This document shows positions 39,389-48,859 of a stretch of DNA of 58,983 bases, in pieces (positions within the stretch are counted from its first letter, which is position 1; every line of letters begins with the position of its first letter). The position numbers and the translations under genes were made by a program. The DNA is taken from contig BFEA01000001.1 of NCBI GenBank assembly GCA_003427395.1, positions 10,214,654 through 10,273,636 on the forward strand, read 5' to 3'. The notes beneath the pieces were generated by a model that saw nothing but the letters and a program-made list of their open reading frames with translations, was not told the origin of the DNA and did no database searches. The stretch is from Chara braunii (Eukaryota > Plantae > Charophyceae).

Positions 39389-40419
39389 AGGTAAGTCTCC
39401 AGCCTCGAGGCTGGCCTCATGCGACGTCCATCGATTGGATGAGCAAAATCGAATGAACTACNNNNNNNNNNNNNNNNNNNNNNNNNNNNNNNNNNNNNNN
39501 NNNNNNNNNNNNNNNNNNNNNNNNNNNNNNNNNNNNNNNNNNNNNNNNNNNNNNNNNNNNNNNNNNNNNNNNNNNNNNNNNNNNNNNNNNNNNNNNNNNN
39601 NNNNNNNNNNNNNNNNNNNNNNNNNNNNNNNNNNNNNNNNNNNNNNNNNNNNNNNNNNNNNNNNNNNNNNNNNNNNNNNNNNNNNNNNNNNNNNNNNNNN
39701 NNNNNNNNNNNNNNNNNNNNNNNNNNNNNNNNNNNNNNNNNNNNNNNNNNNNNNNNNNNNNNNNNNNNNNNNNNNNNNNNNNNNNNNNNNNNNNNNNNNN
39801 NNNNNNNNNNNNNNNNNNNNNNNNNNNNNNNNNNNNNNNNNNNNNNNNNNNNNNNNNNNNNNNNNNNNNNNNNNNNNNNNNNNNNNNNNNNNNNNNNNNN
39901 NNNNNNNNNNNNNNNNNNNNNNNNNNNNNNNNNNNNNNNNNNNNNNNNNNNNNNNNNNNNNNNNNNNNNNNNNNNNNNNNNNNNNNNNNNNNNNNNNNNN
40001 NNNNNNNNNNNNNNNNNNNNNNNNNNNNNNNNNNNNNNNNNNNNNNNNNNNNNNNNNNNNNNNNNNNNNNNNNNNNNNNNNNNNNNNNCAAGCACACACG
40101 ACAGGAGGACGACAGGCAGAGGGGCATGGAAGATGGGAGTGAAGGTCGGAGGCGGCACGCGACAAACTATCTCCCACAAGGTGGATTGCAGCAGGGAGGG
40201 TCGCGTGGATTGCAGCATTTTTTTTNGCGGCGGCGCCAAACACGCATGTTTGAATTGGAACTGGTCGCGCCTCCCGGCTGAAGGGCATCTCACAAAGATG
40301 CATCCCTGGCAGGAGGGCAGAGCAGACATCCAACACCGAAATGGGACCAGCGATCCGGTAAGGGCGTCCCCGAAAGTTGCGCCGCTCGCTGACGGGGGCC
40401 TACGGGAAACTTCAGAGGC

Positions 40420-40505
40420 CCTCGGGGCACGACAGGGTAAGTCAGCCGTCGGAGGGGCATGCCGCAAATAAATGAATTTCGGAGGGGCATTTTGAAAATT
40501 TTCCC
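40420..40505. mobile_element. Right TIR of a MULE MITE related to 23783-24891; left end probably in the gap
   Basis: cagggta..gtcggaggggc..cgcaaataaatg..aggggc..aaattttccc resembles 24815-24891. Confidence 0.65.
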
Positions 40506-41112
40506 AAAAAAAGAAGAAGAAAAACAAAAAACTAGCAGAAGATTGTTAGGGCGACCCAAAAAAGAGAAAAAAAAGAAAAAGAAAAATGGAAAAACGGCCA
40601 ACCCTGCAACCCTCCCAGACCCCCGTTTTTCTTTCCTTCTTCATTTCGGACATTTTGGATTTCCCAAAGGAGAAATGCCGGGGGCCGGCCACAAACAACG
40701 CCGCACGACCTCTGCAGACTACCGCTGGTCATTCCCTTTTTGCCTCTGCTAGGACCACCCGAACGACCAATCCGTCCTATGACAATGACCGCACCCTCTG
40801 CGCCTATCTAAAACCTTGAAAGAGTCGTCTACATTACCCGATCCGGAAACTCGGTGCGCGCCAAAAACGCAATCGGGTATAGCGCAGCCTCCTGGCTGCG
40901 AACTTCGTCAAACATAGCACATGACTTCACAGACGCTCCATGGTGGGGAGCAGCGTCTGCCACGAAATCAGTGTCCAGGTGCAATAAAAAATGATACAAC
41001 TTACGAGCATACACATAGCCTACGGGCACATACTATGTATCGTCAAAAAGAGCTGCCCGGTAAACTGTAGGCAGAGAGGGAGAAAAGGACAACAAACTAG
41101 GGGCTGTGACAA

Positions 41113-41163
41113 ACTGTTTCGTCGGTGTTTCATCGACTCACAGGAGGCTGAACCCTCAACGGT
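41113..41163 (-). ncRNA. Type III hammerhead ribozyme, degenerate copy A
   Basis: ACCGT-T-GAGG-GTTCAG-CCTC-CTG(-)TGA-GTCGATG-AAA-CACCGAC-GAA-ACAGT. Confidence 0.8.
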
Positions 41164-41608
41164 CTGCAGAATCCCATAACTGATTACACTGTAAGTGATA
41201 ATCCACCTTAACCCCAACTGTGGTTAAGTATCAACGACTGCCCGACAACTGATACCCTGAGGTAGGCACCAACCACTGCCATCAAGGTACCTGTGATGCA
41301 AACCAAAGCAGACTATCACTCACCCACGCCAGATGGAAAACTCCACAGACTGTCGGTTCACACCCCATCACAAGCCAGCAAAACACCCACGAAACAAAGA
41401 AAGGTCTGTCACAGCCAAAAAATACACTCCAGACACACCGTTGGCACTAGAGGGACAGCATGGCCGCCCCGACCACTGCCGCTCGATCTGACCAGAGAAA
41501 ATTGTAGCAGGGTGCTAGCGAAGTCATGGTAAATATCGTCAAAAAAAAATACCCCGTAAACTGTAGGCAGAGAGGGAGAAGAGCACACCAAACGAGGGGC
41601 TGTGACAA

Positions 41609-41660
41609 ACTGTGTCATTGGAGTTTTACCGACTCATCAGGAGGTTGTACCCTCAACAGT
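41609..41660 (-). ncRNA. Type III hammerhead ribozyme, degenerate copy B
   Basis: ACTGT-T-GAGG-GTACAA-CCTC-CTGATGA-GTCGGTA-AAA-CTCCAAT-GAC-ACAGT. Confidence 0.75.
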
Positions 41661-41835
41661 ATTCTGCACAATCCCATAACTGATTACACTGTACGTGATA
41701 AACAACCTTAACCCCGACTATGATTAAACATCAACGACGGTTCGGCAACTGATACCCTGAGGTGTGCACGAACCACTGCCCTCATATAATATACAACCAC
41801 AATACTAAGGCTGGGGAGGGGGTCACAATCAACTA

Positions 41836-42050
41836 ATGATGATAATAGGCGTTTTGATGACGACAAGTACCCCACCCTAAAATCTGCTAGACTGTGTGTG
41901 GGAGAGGAGAGGGCATGAGTCACTGGTTGGGTTGGGATCATCTGATGATGATGATAGGCGTTTTGATGACAAGTACCCCACCTTAAAACCAGCTAGACTG
42001 TGTGTGGGAGAGTAGAGGACGACGGATGTCAGTTACTAGTTGGTTGGGGG
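41836..42050. repeat. ~108-bp tandem duplication
   Basis: gatgat..ataggcgttttgatgac..aagtaccccacc..aaaa..gctagactgtgtgtgggagag twice. Confidence 0.8.
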
Positions 42051-42720
42051 CTAGTAGAAGATAGCTTGAGCCTGGCGTCCGAAGTTCCCGTACAACAAGG
42101 TTTGTTCGATTCCACCACGGCTGGGTGGGTCATGGCTAGCCTTGGTGCCTGTCACTGCTGTTCGGTCCAACTTGCCCTCGATACTGGTAGGGCAATGGTC
42201 CTGAGTGCTGGTCACACTGAGGTAGGATAGTAGGGATAGGGGATGCGGTAGGAGTCTTGACGCGAGGACGGGATGCGAGGTAGCCTCATCGTCTCACGAC
42301 AACTTTGGCTGACCACTTCTGGTAATCACCGTCTGCCTGGAGACTGGCCTCTACAACACCCTGGACTTTTCCTCAAAAAAATAAAAATAAAATATATAAA
42401 AAAATCAAGAGTGTGGGGGAGCACATGGGGTTAAGTGGAGGCAAGGGGGAAGACAGGGAGGGGGGTGGGGGTTGGGGGGAGAATCATGGAATCAGGCTAC
42501 AACGATAAGAGAGATAGACAAGTAGTTGCTGTTAGATTCACCCAACCTTTTTCATGGCTATATTTCAGACTCGTCTATGTGCGTCCGTCTACCAGACCTA
42601 CTCTTCACTCTTCACCGGGAAACGGGTGGTTCGTACAACCCTCACAGCTAAACCTTTTTTTTGTTCCCCACTTTTTTCTCTCTTTTTTTCTCTCCTTTTT
42701 TTGCGGGGGAAACTACGCAG

Positions 42721-42885
42721 GAGTCACAAAAATGAGTTATAATTGCACTATGGGCCAAGATACAGTTTCGAATTGTAGTTCGGGCAATGTATACAACCTA
42801 TCTTTCTGGCCAGGTAAGGTGCCTGAAGTGCAGTTGCAAACTGTATCTTGGGCCATAGTGCAATTATAACTCGTTTTTGTGACTC
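42721..42885. mobile_element. Fold-back MITE-like element (~65-bp inverted arms)
   Basis: gagtcacaaaaatgagttataattgcactatgggccaagatacagttt... / ...aaactgtatcttgggccatagtgcaattataactcgtttttgtgactc. Confidence 0.8.
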
Positions 42886-43820
42886 TACTGACAGCAGACA
42901 CAAGAAGAGGCTTCTAGGTAGCGTGGTTTGTTTAGGAAGGTAAAAAAAAAAAAAAAAAAAGGAAGGTAGAATGACTGGTCAAAGATTTGCTGTAGTTTCA
43001 TCTAAACGATCGTTTCCGGCTTTTATAAATGAATTGAGAAAAAAAAAGAAAAAAAAGAAAAGGGATGCTACGATGGACACCCGAAGATTTACTGACAGCT
43101 TGCTGACATTCAGGGGCAGGAGTTCTAATGGAGCTTTGACATGCTTGTCTTCGCCTTTGGAAAGGCCCTCTTTTTTGCTTTTTGTCTCAAAAAAGGCAAC
43201 CAGAACCCTGTACTGGGGGGGTGGAAACACTGGAAAAGCCCTCTTTTCTTTTTGTGAAAAGGAGCAACCTTTGTAAAATGGGTGCCAGGAACCGGGCCAT
43301 CACAAATTTCATCGCAGCTCTTAGGCTGAGAGAGGCCCTCCTTTTGAACCGTTCGTCAGTGAAGATTCTTTTTCGACCTTTGAATTCCTCGGCGAGGATA
43401 GCCGAATACTACTGACTCACAACTTCACAATCTTTGCGGACAGCAAGAAGCACTACAGAAGTGGAGGATGGACAGGTGGATGAAGCACAAACCCAAGAAG
43501 TAATTGAGTAGAAAATACAGACAGAATGAGAGACATCAATATCAGGTACTCAAAATGTTCAGTGAAAAAAGAAAAGGATCAGGTGCTCAGATCGTTCAGA
43601 AGGGATAGACACCAGCTGGATACATGGCTAAGGGAGGGAGAGGGACATCCACCCAGACTACCGTAGACCCTTCTTCACAGACTGGATGAAGCAGGTCAGC
43701 AATTGGGTGTTAGACCCCATGCTGATTTTGCTGACCCTCCCCCCCTAACAGCTGAGTTTGTCCAGCTATCACAGGTTAGAATTGAGGAGTTGCTCTTCGA
43801 AAAAAAAAAAAAAAAAAAAA

Positions 43821-44774
43821 GGAGCGCCAGTCTATTCGTGGGGAGCAGCACGTGCTGGGAACCGGGCCCAGCGTCCCATCGGAAGAATACATTGGAATTT
43901 GGAACATTTGGGAACCTGCCCCTGCCAGCATTGATTGCCCTGGATACCAGGGGATTAACTGAGCAGGGTACTCCTGTTTGGAAGTATGCCAAAGCCCTTC
44001 ACCCAATAACCGCCAGCAACTCAACCCAATCGTGACCAAGAGGGGCTTGCAAATGGGCCCAGCTCCTGGAAGAGGGGGGGGGCGCTTTGGGCCCGGGGAG
44101 CACCGGAACCCCTGGCAACACTGCTGTCCCCTCCCCCCATCCTGTAAGACAATGATACTGTCTGTAACCTTGTTGAGATGATGCTTTGATGCTTGGATGA
44201 TACTCAGACATCCCTCTGCAGGCATTCCACCAGGAATAACGGATGGGGGGTGAATGGATCCGCAAAGTCCTGTGGCGACCTTAACGGGACGCTGGGATCG
44301 ATCACCATCCAGTCGTGGAAATGCAGGCGATAGCCCCTTGCTATCTCCGTCTGTTGCCACCCTTGTGGCCTCTCCTCCTCCTCCTGTCACTGCACCTGCG
44401 CCTCCCCATTCCAGCTCACCTCCGCCATCCAGCCCCCCCCGACTTCCCCCCAACCAATCCTCACAGAACTGGGAGATGATCCGATCAGTGTCTCCCCTGG
44501 TGTGGACCCGATCTAGCTGCTCCTTGATGGCCTGCCACTCGACGATGATCTCAGTCTGCACCAATTGTCGAAGTTGTTCCGTGACTTCCCCATCCTCCAC
44601 CCTGGCCCCTTCCATCTCCAGGATGCACCTCCTCCACCATATAACCCAAAGGATAGAACACCTGCCTAGGCGGAACATGTTCTCATCGAATGTACTTCCT
44701 TCGACATGAGGCAATGTCCTAGCAGGATGGCCCTCCAGTCCCATGGCCAAAGTGAGCCCGGAACCACGTGCCAC
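43821..44774 (-). mobile_element. LINE-D, 3' part (ORF2 C-terminus, 3' UTR and type A tail), split by the Gypsy element
   Basis: ILWVIWWRRCILEME...LVQTEI...ISQFCEDWLGG is homologous to LINE-A IQWALWNRRCTYDME...IQQFCGNWLGG; tail motif at 43831-43877. Confidence 0.85.
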
Positions 44775-45310
44775 TGTGACGAACTGTTTTCTGCGACCGC
44801 GCGACTTTCTGCGCAAGGCTACTTCGGGGTTGAATTGGGATGGCCCGTTGGATTGCATGAGTACCCTTGTTTTTCCTGTTTTTGGAATTGAGGCGGGCAT
44901 GGTCCCACGACGGTTGGTAGTTGATCGCGCCTCAGCGAGCACGAAGGATAACTGTTGCCATGGCTTCTTTCTTGTTCCGCTGTGGGAAATGGGAATTTTG
45001 GCGCGATTGTCGCAGGGGCAAATCTTTTTGAATTTTCAACTGATGTCGAGCCCCCGCAGGCTCTCGGAATTTTCTTCTCATGGAATTTCTTTTTGTAATT
45101 AGGATTTAGGCTAGGAATTTGGGTACATCGCAATTTTGCTGCACGGCGCTTCTTGCTTGCCCGCACTTCGCCGCGTCAGGATCTGTGCTCTGACTTTTTT
45201 GCGCCTTAATCTTACGTGTAACTGTAATTTCTTTCTTGGCGGGCGTGATTGTAATTGTAATCCTCTCCTTCTTGACATCTTTTTGTGGTGCTCCTACGTA
45301 CGTATATTCT

Positions 45311-45473
45311 TCCCAATCTTATTGGCCTAAGCGATGCATGACTGGATCGATGCGTGGAGTGCGGCTACGTCCCCCACGCCGCGGCCTGGCCATGCAGTCG
45401 TAGGCACTTCCTCCTCCTTCCTTCCCACTCCGGCACAACCCCGGGTTTCTCGCGCAACCATGCATGCTATAAA
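45311..45473 (+). promoter_or_regulatory. Putative LTR promoter: CCAAT/ATTGG pair and TATAAA (45468), with a (GA)n tract downstream
   Basis: Motifs conserved in the 3' LTR (TATAAA at 56849). Confidence 0.5.
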
Positions 45474-45727
45474 TTTCGCAAGCGCGATTAACTCGCTCTT
45501 TTTTGAATTTTGGAGTTAGAGCGGTCGAGAGGATCGGCTAACGAGCAATAGTTGGAAGGTGAGTAGAGAGTTGGGCGATCCGACGAGCTGGTGCTGGGCA
45601 TGCGGGGTTGACATGGTGCCGCGACGGACTGTGGCGCACGGGCGAACCTGGCTTGCATGCTCGGACTACGCGGGGTGACAACTCTGTGTGCGTGCGAGGC
45701 GATGGACTGCCCGCATCGGGGTGCTTT

Positions 45728-45776
<49 letters not shown>

Positions 45777-45777
45777 N

Positions 45778-45845
<68 letters not shown>

Positions 45846-46393
45846 CAGAGACGGGATGCATTATGATGGTGTTCCTCTTCTATTCTTCTAAGCAATTTTG
45901 GTATTTGGCACAAGTCGCCCTTGTCCTTTTTGGATCGACATCTCGGATCTTTCCTTTGTTTCTTCTTAGAGACTGATGTGTGATTGTCTCCCCAACTTCC
46001 CTTCTCTTTCTGTTTGAATCCACAATCTGATTGGTTGGTCACCTGTGATCGAATTTCGTGTGATCCCCGTGCCAATGGCCAAAGACTTGATGCATGAAGA
46101 ATATCGACTTCTTTTTGTTTATGAGTGTGTATGTTTGAAGCTGGATGCATAGATGTTTGGTGTGTTTTCGTCTAAGTATGAATCAAATGAGCATGCTAGA
46201 TTATTAGATGTCTGTCTCCCTATAGGATTACCCGCCTTATGAGTTGTCGGCGTTCATCCACCCGACCGAAGGACAGGTCTTGTGCACGCATGTGTAAGCC
46301 CGACCAGGGAGGGCCGCTACTTACACGCGTGTCTGCAAAACCTGTACTCGGCCCAACTTCCCGAATGTCTGAATTCCCGCCCCACCCTGCAGT

Positions 46394-46816
46394 ATGAATA
46401 TTGAAGTCCCCTTTCGTATCACTGACCGAGAGTGCCTGAGGGATCGGGAATTCCAGGAATATTGGGAACACTCTTGTTTGTCTCCACGATCAAGGGCGGG
46501 ACCTCCGGAATTCCCCTACTTAATCCGGAATGAGCGCATTTGCGAGTGGGATATTGATCAGGCCTTGGGACATATCTTCCATCTCCCTAGCTGTCCTAGC
46601 TTACACACGTGTCACGTCGTCGCAGAACCTAGAATCATTATCCTGGGAACTGAATTCCCTCCCTATCACCGCATCCCGCCCTTTCACTCCCTAACCATCG
46701 TCCCCTGGCGAGCAATCGCTCCCTACTGGCCCCAATCCCCATGCTCGGAGTGCCTGCAGGACCACGGTTATCGAGCCTCCGGCTTCATCCGGCGAACTCG
46801 CTCGGAGGAAGAATGA
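46394..46816 (+). CDS. LTR-internal ORF, 5' copy (140 aa, Cys/His/Pro-rich), unknown function
   Basis: Same start and frame as 57688..58266; TGA here corresponds to CAA in the 3' LTR. Confidence 0.35.
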   Translation: MNIEVPFRITDRECLRDREFQEYWEHSCLSPRSRAGPPEFPYLIRNERICEWDIDQALGHIFHLPSCPSLHTCHVVAEPRIIILGTEFPPYHRIPPFHSLTIVPWRAIAPYWPQSPCSECLQDHGYRASGFIRRTRSEEE

Positions 46817-47169
46817 CGGGCGCACAGCCTTTGACTGAGGTCGTCCGTGTCGGATTCCGAGACTTGCAACGTTCGACGTTGGCAGGTGACCAGCCAGCGA
46901 GATAGCCGTAGCGTCCAGGCGGTGCACCATATACGAGTCCGACCCAGACGACAGAACCATTAGCGACGGTAGCTCCGCTTTCTGAAGCATAAACCAGGAC
47001 TCCGATCCGCGCCTACCCTCTGGCATTCGTATCCATGAAACTGGCCACTAGAGATCTTAGTTCTGACCTGGGACTCCACCCCCACTTTCCTAAAATCCTT
47101 GGCACACCCCCTTTTCGCACTTGCAGGCTCACTCCCACTCCGATCAGAAAGTCGCGCCGGGCGTGAGGT

Positions 47170-47181
47170 TGGTATCGAAGC
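47170..47181 (+). promoter_or_regulatory. Primer-binding site, tRNA-iMet-like
   Basis: TGGTATCGAAGC versus canonical TGGTATCAGAGC, located where LTR similarity ends. Confidence 0.7.
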
Positions 47182-47232
47182 TGACACGTGGCAGGGCCAG
47201 GGATTGTCAATCAGGTAGGCTACAAGGAACGC

Positions 47233-48854
47233 TATGGCGAACAGAGGGCGTCCTAAGCAGAGGAACGCGCCACAACATGACCCTATATTAACTAGGATCA
47301 GATCGGCAGGCCCGACGGGGCGCCAACATGAACCCCAATCCAACACCAAACGCCAATGCACTGCAAGGAGGAGGTCCTAATCCTCAAGGAGTCGACGAGG
47401 ACGTGCACTTGCGGCCCGCCTGATCTGTACCTTTTCGATCCCACGCATCATCTGGTCGGAGCATGGCTAGCCACGCTGCATGCACAACAATATGACAATG
47501 ACAAAGCTAGGATCAACCTCCCCGCTCGGTTGGGAGGGGATGTGCACCACTGGTTCAACACTTACGCTTGGGTCGATCTCCCGACCTTCGAGAGGGACTT
47601 CTTAAGCTGATTTGACTTTATCCACCCCGAACAGGCCTTCTTCATGATGAAAGATCGAGTTCAGAAGCCCCTCGAATCCGTCACTGAATATCGCAGTAGG
47701 TTTTATAGGTTATTTGTTAAGTCAGAGCGGGGCGAGGAGGTCGGAAGGGATTTGTTTATCGATGGGCTTCATAGCCGTACAATGAGGGTGAAAATGCCAC
47801 AGATCATGGGCGTTGTGAATGAAATGGAGTGAAAGTTTGCTGCTAGCTTCCTAGAAGAGGAAAACCACGCTAAGGAAGAGGATTCCTCAGAATTGGCCAG
47901 AGCGAAGGCCAAAACAAATTTGAGAACATGGGCTTCATCTCCGGCCCCGTCACTTATCTAGAACAAGTTGGAGTTAAGAGATCGATACCGGACACAACCA
48001 CAAGACTGTCTGTGGTGATCACACCCACGCCTCCCCCGGATACCTCTGCGAAGCACAACGAATCGAACGCAATACGGGAATTAACTCGAACGCTAGTTAG
48101 CCTGATGCCGGAAAGCACGAAGGAACAGCGTGAGCATAATGCTCGGATAGAATCTTTGATGAGGTCGATGCGCCCCATCGTCATCCGAGCTGCACCTATA
48201 GTACAAGGAGCAGCCCCCGCTCAAGCTGCGGGCGGTGCGGCGGCTAATCTAGGCGTCTGTTACACGTGTCACCAGCCCGGCCACATAGTCCGAGACCGCC
48301 CCAATCGTCCGACGCAAGTCCGGGTGGGAGCAGCCCCTGTGGCAGCAGCACCGGTGGCCAATGGACCAGGAAGGGTGGGCACGATGGTGGAGGACATAGA
48401 AGGGGGGGGGAGTGCGATAGTCACTACCGAGGAAGCTGCGGAACTTATCCCGCTCGTTCAATACATCTCACTGGGTTACCCGGGATTAGGAATAATCGGA
48501 ACCATCCGCCCCGCGAAGGAACAACGTGAAATAATGGAGTGGAGACCATCTCCCAAAGAAATGGAATCGGGTGGTCCCGCCTTTGTTACAGGAGAAATTG
48601 ATGTCCTGAACATCGTTCGAGCCCTGGACCACCAAATTCCCTTGCCCATCGGGCACTTGCTATCCATATCGGAGCAAGCGAACGAACGCATGTTGCAACA
48701 CTGCAAAGTGAATCGAAAGTCGTTCGCTCTCGCCAAGTTAGCAGCCACTAAAGGGAAAACCCCTGCCTGTGAAGACAAGCCCGATGTCCCCATCACCTCG
48801 GACCCAATACCGTTAGGGACTAATCCAAAAAGACGATCATTTCCTGCGCATTAA
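47233..48854 (+). pseudogene. gag: Gypsy gag (fragmented)
   Basis: VQKPLESVTEYRSRFYRL...LFIDGL capsid motif; CYTCHQPGHIVRD[R] zinc knuckle. Confidence 0.8.
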
Positions 48855-48859
48855 GGTCA

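Larger units (their letters stand above)
41038..41784 (-). repeat. Pair of ~245-bp direct repeats (about 41038-41284 and 41535-41784) separated by a ~250-bp unique spacer
   Basis: Collinear similarity from tatcgtcaaaaa to aaccactgcc.tca. Confidence 0.9.
44775..47172 (+). repeat. 5' LTR (~2.4 kb)
   Basis: Collinear with 56157-58466; many CpG-type transitions and a few indels. Confidence 0.93.

Noticed and set aside
43260-43450. Possible host exon on the minus strand
   Set aside because: No recognisable protein similarity or clear splice boundaries; needs RNA-seq.
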